Shown: positions 9,127 through 18,482, numbered from the stretch's first letter. The stretch: 35,975 bases of DNA from Faecalibacterium sp. (GCA_017483235.1 JAFULE010000154.1:1-35975), one strand, 5' to 3'. Translations and numbers: made by a program. The notes: a model not told the origin generated them from the letters alone.

Positions 9127-9573
9127 TCAGATGACAAGATCGTTACCATAGATGATCTCGCGGTGCAGCACATCGAAAAAACCGTTGGCCATCATCAGGC
9201 CGGGATCGCCCGGATCGCTGTTCCGGAGATCGTGGTTCTTTTGGATTTCCAGAAAGTTGTCCGAAGTAATATTCAGTGCATACCGGTCCATCAGAGTCTG
9301 CATGGTAGGATAGTCGGCCAGCAGGATGTGCAGTTCCCGGTAAAGCATGACGGCGTGGCAATAGATGGCGTCAAGCGGCTTTTCAAGGCCTTCCCGGATG
9401 GTCCGGCGGTAAGGCGGCGGTTCCTCTTTGGGAGAGACCGGCTGTTCTTTTCGGTAGGTTCTCCAGTCGTATTCCTCAAACAGATTCGCGGAGATTTCCG
9501 GCTTCCACATTCCAAATCGCGTCAGAATGTATTCTGCCTCCTGCCACTTGGATCCTTCTGCTTTGGCCTTCAT
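9127..9573 (-). CDS. Hypothetical protein, possibly a 5'-truncated remnant
   Basis: 148-aa ORF with protein-like composition filling the gap; no clear RBS and no recognised motif. Confidence 0.45.
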   Translation of the reverse strand: MKAKAEGSKWQEAEYILTRFGMWKPEISANLFEEYDWRTYRKEQPVSPKEEPPPYRRTIREGLEKPLDAIYCHAVMLYRELHILLADYPTMQTLMDRYALNITSDNFLEIQKNHDLRNSDPGDPGLMMANGFFDVLHREIIYGNDLVI

Positions 9574-9665
9574 CTTAACGATACAGAAGCAAAAAATTAA
9601 CCATACAAAAACATTCCTCGTTTACAGTAAAAGAACGAAATTAACCTGGAATGGAGTGTGTTTTT

Positions 9666-10697
9666 ATGAAGGACGAGCGTATTTATCTTCTGACCGGCGC
9701 CGCGGGTTTTCTGGGGTCCAACATCTGCCTGCAGCTGCTGCAGGCCGGCTGCAAGGTTCGTGCTCTGGTTTTGCCCAACGACAAATCGGTAAAGTTTATC
9801 CCCAAAGAAGTGGAAGTTGTGCTGGGCGATTTGACCGACGCCGACTCGCTGGAGCCGTTCTTTGCGGTTCCGGAAGGCGCAACATCGGTTATGATCCACT
9901 GCGCATCCATGGTCACGGTAGACCCTGTTTTCTCTGATAAGCTGATGGCTGTCAACGTCAGCGGCACCCGCAACATCATCACCAAAGTGCTGGCCCACCC
10001 CGAGTGCGAAAAGATGGTTTATGTTTCCTCCACCGGCGCCATTCCCGAGCAGCCCCACGGCACCCCCATCAAGGAAGTGTCTCAGTTCACCCCTGTGGAC
10101 GACCGAAAGGTCGTGGGCGCCTATTCGCTGAGCAAGGCCATTGCCACCCAGATGGTTCTGGATGCGGTGCGTGTCATGGGGCTGAAGGCCTGTGTGGTGC
10201 ATCCGTCCGGTATTCTGGGCCCCAACGATCACGCTATGGGCGAAACCAGCTCTACCGTGCTGCAGATCATCAAGGGCGAAATGCCCATGGGCATGCAGGG
10301 CAGCTTCAATCTGTGTGACGTGCGCGATCTGGCCGCCGGCACCATTGCCGCCGTGGATAAAGGACGGATCGGCGAATGCTACATTCTGGCCAACGAGCCG
10401 GTCACCCTGAAGGAAATGTGCGATATGCTGCACGAGGAGTGCAATGCCAAAAAGATCAAGTTCTATCTGCCGCTTGATCTGGCCGACAAGATCGCACAGG
10501 GGCTGGAAAAGCAGGCGGCCAAAACCGGCAAAAAGCCGCTGATGACCACCTTCTCGGTGTACAATCTGGCCCGCAACAATGTATTTGACTATTCCAAAGC
10601 CCAGAAAGAACTGGGTTACATCACCCGCCCCTATCAGGAAACCATTCACGACGAAGTGCAGTGGTTTATGGAAGAGGGCCTGATCGAAAAGATTTGA
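9666..10697 (+). CDS. NAD-dependent epimerase/dehydratase, extended SDR (dihydroflavonol reductase / HpnA-like)
   Basis: TGAAGFLG, HCAS, YVSS, YSLSK, VHPSGILGP, CDVRDLA motifs; GGAG RBS before ATG 9666. Confidence 0.9.
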   Translation: MKDERIYLLTGAAGFLGSNICLQLLQAGCKVRALVLPNDKSVKFIPKEVEVVLGDLTDADSLEPFFAVPEGATSVMIHCASMVTVDPVFSDKLMAVNVSGTRNIITKVLAHPECEKMVYVSSTGAIPEQPHGTPIKEVSQFTPVDDRKVVGAYSLSKAIATQMVLDAVRVMGLKACVVHPSGILGPNDHAMGETSSTVLQIIKGEMPMGMQGSFNLCDVRDLAAGTIAAVDKGRIGECYILANEPVTLKEMCDMLHEECNAKKIKFYLPLDLADKIAQGLEKQAAKTGKKPLMTTFSVYNLARNNVFDYSKAQKELGYITRPYQETIHDEVQWFMEEGLIEKI

Positions 10698-10725
10698 TCA
10701 TTTCAACAGAAAAGGAACACTTGCA

Positions 10726-11547
10726 ATGAATCAGGTAAAAGAAGTATGCGTTATCACCGGCGGCGGCAGCGGCATGGGCCTTGCCGCTGCAAAGTTCATG
10801 CCCAAGGAAAAGATCATTCTGGTTACCGGGCGCACCATGTCCAAGCTGGAAAAAGCCGTTGGTGAGCTGGAGGCTGAAGGCTACGAAGCTTATGCCAAAA
10901 CCTGCGATACCTCGGTGCGCGAACAGGTAAAGGCTTTGGCCGAGTATGCGCTGAGCCTTGGCAAGATCAAAAACGTGATCCACTCGGCCGGCTTGTCCCC
11001 TGCCATGGCCGATCCGGAAAAGCTGATCCGGGTCAATGCTTTGGGCACGGTGTATGTCAACGAGGAATTCTCCCAGCGGATGGAGCCGGGCAGCGTGATC
11101 GTGGACATTTCCTCCAACTCGGCCTATATGATCCCCGGCTTCCTGGCCAGCAAAAAGGTTTTTGCCCTTGCCGACCAGGACGAAGCCCTGTTCCTGAAAA
11201 AAGTGCTTGCCCTGCCCGGCAAGCTGAAGGGCTATCAGGCTTCCGGCCTGGCATACGGCCTTTCGAAAAAATTTGTGATCTGGTACGCCGCCAAGTGTGC
11301 CTACGCCTATGGTGCAAAGGGTATCCGTGTTTGCTCGCTGAGCCCCGGCCTGATTGCCACCGATATGGGCAATCTGGAAGCGGAAGAGGGCGGCAGCCTG
11401 CTGGCCACCACCGCAGAAAAGCGCATGGGCAAGCCGGAAGAACTGGGCTTTGCCATTGCCTCTGTTGCCGACGAGCGCAACGGCTATCTGGCCGGCGTGG
11501 ATGTGCTGGTGGATGGCGGCAGTGTGAACGGGAAAAAGTACCAGTAA
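10726..11547 (+). CDS. Classical short-chain dehydrogenase/reductase
   Basis: TGGGSGMG, IHSAG, YGLSK, SPGLIAT, VDGG motifs; AAAGGA RBS. Confidence 0.92.
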   Translation: MNQVKEVCVITGGGSGMGLAAAKFMPKEKIILVTGRTMSKLEKAVGELEAEGYEAYAKTCDTSVREQVKALAEYALSLGKIKNVIHSAGLSPAMADPEKLIRVNALGTVYVNEEFSQRMEPGSVIVDISSNSAYMIPGFLASKKVFALADQDEALFLKKVLALPGKLKGYQASGLAYGLSKKFVIWYAAKCAYAYGAKGIRVCSLSPGLIATDMGNLEAEEGGSLLATTAEKRMGKPEELGFAIASVADERNGYLAGVDVLVDGGSVNGKKYQ

Positions 11548-11574
11548 TCCGAAAAAGCCTGACCCAAACAAAAA

Positions 11575-11616
11575 AGCCCCGCCGTTTTGAAGTGTGTGCT
11601 TCAAAACGGCGGGGCT
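11575..11616. terminator. Terminator between convergent SDR and kinase genes
   Basis: 18-bp stem AGCCCCGCCGTTTTGAAG / CTTCAAAACGGCGGGGCT with an A-tract on the left. Confidence 0.8.
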
Positions 11617-11647
11617 GATTATTTTATACACTGTTGTTTTGGGCGGG

Positions 11648-12913
11648 TCAAATCAGAACCTGCAGCACAAATGTCCCGTCCCGCACCAGAAAACGGCAGC
11701 TGCCGCCAAGCCGTTCGGTGAGATAGCGAATGCTTTGGCTGCCGTAGCCATGGCCGCTTTTTTCGGTTATCGGCATGCCATCCACCATCTGCGGCGGGGC
11801 GGCAACCGGGTTTTCGACCAGAAGATGGGTTTGGTCGGGGGTATTTTTTAACACCAAGCGTATGCTGCGGCGATCTGCGGGCAGCGCAGCCTGTGCGTTC
11901 AGGGCGTTTTCCAGCGCATTGGACAAAATGGCGCTGAACAACACCGCATCGGGGAATTCACCGCTCTGCTCTACCGTGGGCAGAAAGACGATCTGCTGCT
12001 GTTGGCACCGGGCCGCAAAGGCCGACAGCAGATAGTTGATGGTTTCGCTGCGGCAATAGCGGCTGACCACAGTGGCATCCACCTGTTCGACATAGCCCTG
12101 CAGCAGCTGGCGAGCGGCGGCAAGATCGTTGTTGTTCAGGCAAAGGGACAAATTGCCCAGAAAATGCCGCATATCGTGGCGCAGCAGCCGAATTTCGTAT
12201 TCGCTGCGGCGCATTGCCTCCAGCTCGCGGGCCTGCTGCTCGGCCGTCAGCCGCAGCAGCTGCTCTTTGTATTCCGCTTCCACCCGGCGGTCGTAGGCCA
12301 TTGCATGCAGAGTACAGAACACCAGATACACCGCACACAAAAAGAAGGACAAAAACTCGGTGACCAGCGGGCCGTTGCGCAGCCACAGATCGGTGTACAC
12401 CCCCATGCCGTAGTCAAAAAGGTAGTACACGATGGGCACAACACCAAAGTGCCATACATCCCGGCCGCTTTTGCTGTAGATGTGGGCGATAATCGCCGCC
12501 AGATACCGCAGCGCCACAAAGCCGGTAAGCAGCAGCACCAGAATGCTGACCAGCCGGGCCATTTCTGCACTGCCGCCCAGCGCCTGTACCAGCAGGCCAA
12601 ACCAGTTGGCCGGCTGGCAGCATAGATAGGCGGTAGCCACCGACGCCAGCACCGTGGTAAGGGGGCGGCGGTAATAGCCGCACAGCACTGCAACCAGCGG
12701 CAGATGGGTAAGCAGCGGGTACAGCTGCCACACCAGCGTTTCGCCCAAAACCAGATATGCGGCAATCTGCAGCAGGCCGCAGAACATCGCCAGCCCCCCG
12801 ATTACCCACACATTGCGGCCCGAAGGGCGGATATCCTCAAACGCCGCCGAAAGCACCAGACCAAACACCAGCAGCAGCGCATAATGTACAAAAAACAAGC
12901 CTGTTTCCAACAA
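11648..12913 (-). CDS. AgrC/VirS-like membrane sensor histidine kinase (GHKL, HATPase_c_5)
   Basis: Multi-TM N-terminus, RHDMRH H-box, SNALENA N-box, GHGYG G-box; TTG start after GAGGTGG. Confidence 0.85.
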   Translation of the reverse strand: MLETGLFFVHYALLLVFGLVLSAAFEDIRPSGRNVWVIGGLAMFCGLLQIAAYLVLGETLVWQLYPLLTHLPLVAVLCGYYRRPLTTVLASVATAYLCCQPANWFGLLVQALGGSAEMARLVSILVLLLTGFVALRYLAAIIAHIYSKSGRDVWHFGVVPIVYYLFDYGMGVYTDLWLRNGPLVTEFLSFFLCAVYLVFCTLHAMAYDRRVEAEYKEQLLRLTAEQQARELEAMRRSEYEIRLLRHDMRHFLGNLSLCLNNNDLAAARQLLQGYVEQVDATVVSRYCRSETINYLLSAFAARCQQQQIVFLPTVEQSGEFPDAVLFSAILSNALENALNAQAALPADRRSIRLVLKNTPDQTHLLVENPVAAPPQMVDGMPITEKSGHGYGSQSIRYLTERLGGSCRFLVRDGTFVLQVLI

Positions 12914-12948
12914 GGGGCAGCCACCTCTTTTTTCTGTTGACTGATTTT

Positions 12949-12977
12949 AGTATAACACGAAGCCCCCTGTCCGGCAA
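12949..12977 (-). promoter_or_regulatory. Promoter of the histidine kinase gene
   Basis: Minus strand TTGCCG, 17 bp spacer, TG-T-TATACT. Confidence 0.6.
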
Positions 12978-12983
12978 CGGCAG

Positions 12984-13014
12984 AAAAACGCCCCTGCCGG
13001 CAAGGGCAGGGGCG
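12984..13014 (-). terminator. Terminator after the M20 amidohydrolase gene
   Basis: CGCCCCTGCC / GGCAGGGGCG stem with a T5 tail on the minus strand. Confidence 0.7.
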
Positions 13015-13023
13015 CGCAGACCA

Positions 13024-14226
13024 TTACTTTTCTTTGTGCTGCTGCATCAGTTTGATGGCAGAAGCCGCCATAACCGACATGGTAACGGGCAAGGCATCCT
13101 CGTTCAGGTCAAACTTCGGATGATGGCCGCTGTACACCGGCCCTTCGGCCGGGCGGGCACCAAACATATAGAAGGCCGCCGGAATGCTGCGGGCATACCA
13201 GGCAAAGTCCTCGCTGCCGGTGCTGGGCTGGGGGATGACAAAGGTGTTCTGCTCGCCCACCACCTCGCGGGCGGCAGCCAGCACCACCTGCGCCACCTCT
13301 TCGTTGTTGGACAGGCTGGGGAACATGGGCTGACGGTCCAGTGTGCCGGTGCAGCCGTAGATGGCACACACGCTTTGCACGGTTTGCTCCATCAGGGCAA
13401 AGATTTCTTCGCGCACGGTTTCGTCAAAGGTGCGCACCGTGCCGGACAGGGTGGCCTTGGCGGGCAGCACGTTTTTGGTGCCTGGCTCGCCGGCCTGCAT
13501 GCTGCACACCGACAGCACCGCGGGCTGCATGGGGTCCAGCCGGCGGCTGACGATGCTTTGCAGCGCCACCACCGTCTGGCTGGCAGCCACCACCACGTCG
13601 GTGCCGCAGTGGGGGCTGGCGCCATGGGCACCGGTGCCCTCGATGACGATATCGAAGAAATCACCGCTGGCGGTTACCACGCCGCTGCGGGTCATGATCA
13701 CACCCGGCGGCACGCTGGTGGTCTGGTGAGCACCCAGCATATAGTTCACATCCGAAAGGATGCCGCTTTCCATGATCTTTTTGGCGCCGCCGGGGGCGGG
13801 GCCTTCTTCGGCGGGCTGGAACACAAACTTGACGGTGCCGCGCACCTTGTCGCGGTTTTGGCTGAACCACAGGGCGGTGCCCAGCAGCGCCGCCGTATGC
13901 GAGTCGTGCCCGCAGGCATGGCACACGCCGGGGTTCTGGCTGCGATAGGGCACACTTTCGTCCTTTTCATCCTGCATGGGCAAAGCGTCGATGTCGGCGC
14001 GCAGGCCGATGACAGGGCCGGGCTGCTTTCCTTTCAGCACACCGATCACCGCGGTGTCGGCCTCGCAGAAGTTGGTGATCACCTCAAGGCCCATGGCCCG
14101 CAGTTCCTTTTGGATCAGGGCGCTGGTGCGCACCTCGCGAAAGCCCAGCTCGGGGTGGGCATGGATATCGCGCCGCCAGGCAGACACCTGCGGCTGCAGC
14201 TCGGCCATACCGGGCAACAGATTCAT
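13024..14226 (-). CDS. M20D family amidohydrolase (hippurate hydrolase / N-acyl-amino acid amidohydrolase-like)
   Basis: RRDIHAHPELGF, LRADIDALP, HACGHD, FQPAEE, GSEDF, HHPKF motifs. Confidence 0.92.
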   Translation of the reverse strand: MNLLPGMAELQPQVSAWRRDIHAHPELGFREVRTSALIQKELRAMGLEVITNFCEADTAVIGVLKGKQPGPVIGLRADIDALPMQDEKDESVPYRSQNPGVCHACGHDSHTAALLGTALWFSQNRDKVRGTVKFVFQPAEEGPAPGGAKKIMESGILSDVNYMLGAHQTTSVPPGVIMTRSGVVTASGDFFDIVIEGTGAHGASPHCGTDVVVAASQTVVALQSIVSRRLDPMQPAVLSVCSMQAGEPGTKNVLPAKATLSGTVRTFDETVREEIFALMEQTVQSVCAIYGCTGTLDRQPMFPSLSNNEEVAQVVLAAAREVVGEQNTFVIPQPSTGSEDFAWYARSIPAAFYMFGARPAEGPVYSGHHPKFDLNEDALPVTMSVMAASAIKLMQQHKEK

Positions 14227-14256
14227 ACAGCATTTCTCCTTTTTGTTTAAGTCTGG

Positions 14257-15039
14257 TCAGGGTTCAAAATACAAAAACAGGTTCAGCTCGGCCGCCAGAT
14301 CCACCACAAGGCCGTCGCCTTTCGGGTGGAAGGGATAGCCCGATGCCTCCACCGCGGCCTTTACCTGTGCAAAATCGCGGCAGGAGAAGCGGATGCCGCA
14401 CACGCAGCTGCGGGCGGGGTCGGTTTTTACCCCAAACTCGGTCTGCCAGTCGGCGGCAATGCTGACCTTGTTGACGCAGTCGTGCACCGGCCACTGGCCG
14501 CGGATCAGCTCGCTGGCGCGCTCCAGTTCGTCACGGGCTGCCTGCGCCTTGTCGGCATCCGGCACGCAGAGATAGAACTCCTCCATCGAGTCCACCCCGT
14601 TGGGATGGATGTCGCCGCCGGGCAGATAGACCAGCTGCGGGGTAACCTGCCGCACCAGCGCGGTTTCGCCCAGAGGAAACAGCGGGGTTTTCAGGTAAGC
14701 GCCGCGGAAGGCTGCGGTATACGCTTTGCCATCCACGATGGCGGGGCGGGCAAAGTCGGTAACCGGCATGGCCATTTCGTAGCCGGCGTCCACAAGGGCC
14801 TGGTAGGAAGCATCAGGGTCATCGGCCCAGAAAATAAAGGAGTGCAGCCCCGCCGGCCCGGGGAAGAAATCGTAGGCTTCGCCTTCGCCGGGGGCATAGC
14901 CCTCGAGATAATTTTTGCGGAACATATAATGCTTGCCGTCGGCGGTAACAAAGCCCAGACGGGCAAAGGCATCGGTCAGCAGGGGCAGGGTTTTGCAGTA
15001 GATGGTAACGTGATCGATCACAACAGCGGCGTGCAGCAT
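14257..15039 (-). CDS. VOC / glyoxalase-like family protein
   Basis: IDHV at N-terminus, NYLE, FARP and HPNG elements typical of glyoxalase_3-like proteins; RBS overlaps the upstream stop. Confidence 0.65.
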   Translation of the reverse strand: MLHAAVVIDHVTIYCKTLPLLTDAFARLGFVTADGKHYMFRKNYLEGYAPGEGEAYDFFPGPAGLHSFIFWADDPDASYQALVDAGYEMAMPVTDFARPAIVDGKAYTAAFRGAYLKTPLFPLGETALVRQVTPQLVYLPGGDIHPNGVDSMEEFYLCVPDADKAQAARDELERASELIRGQWPVHDCVNKVSIAADWQTEFGVKTDPARSCVCGIRFSCRDFAQVKAAVEASGYPFHPKGDGLVVDLAAELNLFLYFEP

Positions 15040-15051
15040 AAAAGTTCCTCC

Positions 15052-16065
15052 TTATTTATTCTGTTTGCGGTAACGGGCAGCTTCGATAAAGGCGGCGCCT
15101 TCCCACATGGCATCGTACACCACATCCAGCATACGGCTGTAATGCAAAAAGGCGTGCATAATACCGGGGTAGGTGCGCAGTTTGGTCATGTGGCCCCGGT
15201 TTTGCAGCATGGTGTGCAGGGTAAGCGAACCGGTCAGGCAGGGGTCGGCCTCGCCGCAGCAGACAAAGGCGGGCGGGATGCCCCAGCCCAGATCGTTGTT
15301 CATGGTGCAGTCGTAATAGGGGCTGTCCAGCTGATCTTCACGGATGAAGCTGGCGGTGTAGTTGTTCATATACATTTTGGGCCGGTCGAGAATGATCTCG
15401 TCAAACTCGTTGCCCCACATGCGCACCGCCACGCCGTCGCGCATGCCGTAGTTGCCGTAGAACAGCAGCAGTGCGGTGATATAGCTGTTGTCGCCGTACT
15501 CATTGCGCAGATACAGGGCGGTGGCCATTGAGCTGTTGGCACCGGCCGAATCGCCGGCCAGCGAAATATCATTGCCGTCCAGGCCGTATTCCGCGCCGTG
15601 CTCATGGAAATAGCGCACGGTGTGCACCACCTCCAGCACCTGACTGGGGAACACCGCCTCGGGGGCCAGCTTATAATTTACGCCCACCACACAGCAGCCG
15701 GTAATATCGGCCAGCAGCCGCATGATGCGGCCATGGGTGTCGTTGTCGCCGCAGGTATCGCCGCCGCCGTGGGTAAACACCAGAATGGGCAGGTTGGCTT
15801 CGGTGCTGGGGTAGTGCAGCCGCACATTCACCTTGCCGTTGGGGCCGCCGGGAATGTCAAAATCCTCGGTTTTGGCCATCTGGGGGCCGCCTTGGTTCCA
15901 CCAGCTGCGCTCTTCCTTGTACCATTCGCGGTATTCTTGAATGCCCTGCAGCGAATCCCACGCGCCGCGCATGGGGTTTTCCTTTTTCCAGTTTTCCACC
16001 CGCTGCACCACTTTACGCATCTGCGGGGTGATCATAGCCAGATAATCGTATTTGTTTTCAACCAT
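15052..16065 (-). CDS. aes: Acetyl esterase Aes homolog, copy C (HSL family)
   Basis: HGGG, GDSAG nucleophile elbow, ADP and HAFLHYSRM triad motifs; THGRIMRLLA and ESPYY-like DSPYY as in E. coli Aes. Confidence 0.85.
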   Translation of the reverse strand: MVENKYDYLAMITPQMRKVVQRVENWKKENPMRGAWDSLQGIQEYREWYKEERSWWNQGGPQMAKTEDFDIPGGPNGKVNVRLHYPSTEANLPILVFTHGGGDTCGDNDTHGRIMRLLADITGCCVVGVNYKLAPEAVFPSQVLEVVHTVRYFHEHGAEYGLDGNDISLAGDSAGANSSMATALYLRNEYGDNSYITALLLFYGNYGMRDGVAVRMWGNEFDEIILDRPKMYMNNYTASFIREDQLDSPYYDCTMNNDLGWGIPPAFVCCGEADPCLTGSLTLHTMLQNRGHMTKLRTYPGIMHAFLHYSRMLDVVYDAMWEGAAFIEAARYRKQNK

Positions 16066-16149
16066 GGGGGTACTCCTTTGTGAAAAAAGGCGGCCGCCGG
16101 TTGAACCGCCAAAGGGCAGTTGCAGCGGCGGCCGCACAATAGCCTGATC

Positions 16150-17163
16150 TTACTTGTTCTTACGGATGTAACGGGCACGCTCCCAGAAGTCGACACACTC
16201 CTGAATGGAATCGTAAACCATATCCAGCATACGGCTGTAGTGCAGGAAGGCGTGCATGATGCCCTCGTACACGTGCAGCTCTACGGTGTGGCCATGCTCG
16301 TACAGCATTTCGTACAGGCAGACGCAGCCGTCCTTCAGGGGGTCGGCGCCGCCAACGGCGATGAAGGTGGGTGCAATGCCCCAGCTCAGGTCGTTGTTCA
16401 TGGTAACATCGTAGTAGGGGCTGGTCAGCTGATCCTCGCGGATGAAGCTCTTGTTGTAGTTGTTGTGGGCCATCACGGGCTTGTCGAACACCAGCTCGTC
16501 AAACTCGTTGCCCCACAGACGGGTGGAGGTGCCGTCGTTGATGCCGGGCACGGCGTAGTACAGCAGCGCCGCGCTGATGTAGTCGGTCTCGTTGTACTCG
16601 TTGCGCAGGTAGACCATGGTAGCCAGGCTGATGACCGAACCGCCCGAGTCGCCGCACAGGGCGATGTCGTTGCCGTCCAGGCCGTACTCGGCGCCATGCT
16701 CGTGGAAGTAACGGGTCACGGCCACGTTTTCCAGAATCTGGCTGGGGAAGCCGGCTTCGGGGGCCAGCTTATAGTTCACGCCGATGACGCAGGCGCCGGA
16801 CTTGTCGGCCAGAATGCGCATGATGCGGCTGTGGGTGTCGTTGTCACCGCAGACATAGCCGCCGCCGTGGTTGAAGATGATGATGGGCATGCCCTTCTGC
16901 ACCACGGGGTAGTGCAGGCGCACGTTGACCTGACCATGGGGGCCGCCGGGGATCCAGATGTCCTCGGTCTTTTCCATCTGGGGGCCGCCCTCGTTCCACC
17001 AGCTGCGCTCTTCCTTGTACCACTCGCGGTACTCTTCAATGCCTTCGGGGCTGGTCCATTCGCCGCGCATGGGGTTGGTCTTCTTCCACTCTTCCACGCG
17101 CTCGACGACCTTGCGCATCTGAGGGGTGATCTTGTGCATGTAGTTGTACTTATTTACCAGCAT
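16150..17163 (-). CDS. aes: Acetyl esterase Aes homolog, copy B
   Basis: HGGGY, GDSGG, ADPL, HAFLHYSRM. Confidence 0.85.
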   Translation of the reverse strand: MLVNKYNYMHKITPQMRKVVERVEEWKKTNPMRGEWTSPEGIEEYREWYKEERSWWNEGGPQMEKTEDIWIPGGPHGQVNVRLHYPVVQKGMPIIIFNHGGGYVCGDNDTHSRIMRILADKSGACVIGVNYKLAPEAGFPSQILENVAVTRYFHEHGAEYGLDGNDIALCGDSGGSVISLATMVYLRNEYNETDYISAALLYYAVPGINDGTSTRLWGNEFDELVFDKPVMAHNNYNKSFIREDQLTSPYYDVTMNNDLSWGIAPTFIAVGGADPLKDGCVCLYEMLYEHGHTVELHVYEGIMHAFLHYSRMLDMVYDSIQECVDFWERARYIRKNK

Positions 17164-17243
17164 AATAATATCCTCCTGCTGTTTTTTCTGCCCGGGCTTT
17201 TCCAGCGGCCCGGTACAGTTTGTTCCTTGATTGTGCGGGGCGG

Positions 17244-18260
17244 TTACTTGTTTTTCTTGATGTAGCGGGCGCGCTCGATAAAGTCGGCGGCCTCCTGCAG
17301 GGAATCATACACCACGTCCATCATGCGGCTGTAGTGGATGAAGGCGTGCATCACGCCCTCGTAGATGCTCATGCTGACGGTGTGGCCGTGCTCGTACAGC
17401 ATTTCGTACAGGGTCACGCAGCCGTCCTTCAGCGGGTCGGCGTCGCCCACTGCGATAAAGGTGGGTGCGATGCCCCAGCTCAGGTCGTTGTTCATCAGCT
17501 GGTCATAGTAGGGGCTGTCCAGCTGGTCCTCGCTGATCCAGCCGGGGTTGAAGTTTTTATGGGCCATCACCGGCTTGTCGAACACCAGCTCGTCAAACTC
17601 GTTGCCCCACAAACGCACCGAGGTACCGTCCTTCATGGCGCCGCAGCCGGCATAGTACAGCACAACAGCGGTCAGGTAGTCGGTTTCGTTGTACTCGTTG
17701 CGCAGATACAGCATGGTGCTCAGGCAGTGGATGGAACCGGCCGAGTCGCCGCACAGGCTGATGTCGTTGCCATTCAGGCCGTACTGGGCGCCGTTCTGGT
17801 GGAAGTAGCGCACGGTGTGCACCACCTCTTCGATCTGGCTGGGGAAGCGGGCCTCGGGCGACAGCTTATAGTTCACGCCGATGACACAGCAGCCGGTTTT
17901 GTCGGCCAGAATGCGCATGATGCGGCTGTGGGTGTCGTTGTTGCCGCACACATCGCCGCCGCCGTGGCTGTACACCAGAATGGGCATATTCTCCTGCACA
18001 ACGGGGTAATGCAGCCGCACGTTCACCTGCCCGTTGGGGCCGCCGGGGATCCAGATGTCCTCGGTTTTTTCCATCTGGGGGCCGCCCTCGTTCCACCAGC
18101 TGCGCTCTTCGATGTACCACTGGCGGTATTCTTCAATACCCTCCATCGAGTCCCAGCTGCCGCGCATGGGGTTGCCCTTCTTCCACTCCTCCACCCGCTC
18201 GACGACCTTGCGCATCTGAGGGGTGATCTTGTGCAGGTAGTTATACTTGTTGACGATCAT
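17244..18260 (-). CDS. aes: Acetyl esterase Aes homolog, copy A
   Basis: HGGGD, GDSAG, ADPL, HAFIHYSRM; AAGGAGG RBS before ATG 18260. Confidence 0.85.
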   Translation of the reverse strand: MIVNKYNYLHKITPQMRKVVERVEEWKKGNPMRGSWDSMEGIEEYRQWYIEERSWWNEGGPQMEKTEDIWIPGGPNGQVNVRLHYPVVQENMPILVYSHGGGDVCGNNDTHSRIMRILADKTGCCVIGVNYKLSPEARFPSQIEEVVHTVRYFHQNGAQYGLNGNDISLCGDSAGSIHCLSTMLYLRNEYNETDYLTAVVLYYAGCGAMKDGTSVRLWGNEFDELVFDKPVMAHKNFNPGWISEDQLDSPYYDQLMNNDLSWGIAPTFIAVGDADPLKDGCVTLYEMLYEHGHTVSMSIYEGVMHAFIHYSRMMDVVYDSLQEAADFIERARYIKKNK

Positions 18261-18391
18261 GGCAGAGTTTCCTCCTTTTATAATAAAGAAAGCAGTGTTT
18301 CTTTGGTTACCTGTTGTTTTTGATGCAGCGGGCACGCCGCATCCGTTTGGGCACTTGTGTGCACTTTAACGTGAAAACAGCCTTTGATGTT

Positions 18392-18420
18392 ATTGTAAAT
18401 CCTTGCTTTGCAAGCGTCAA
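18392..18420 (-). promoter_or_regulatory. Promoter of the aes operon
   Basis: Minus strand TTGACG, 17 bp spacer, TACAAT. Confidence 0.65.
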
Positions 18421-18482
18421 TGTGCCCAAAGCAAAATCGGCCTTTTCACGGTATTGTAAAGAAAATAACAAGCAATTTGCAC

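Noticed and set aside
15052-18260. Assembly artefact or repeat array explaining the three aes copies
   Set aside because: Copies differ at many synonymous and non-synonymous sites and have unrelated intergenic spacers
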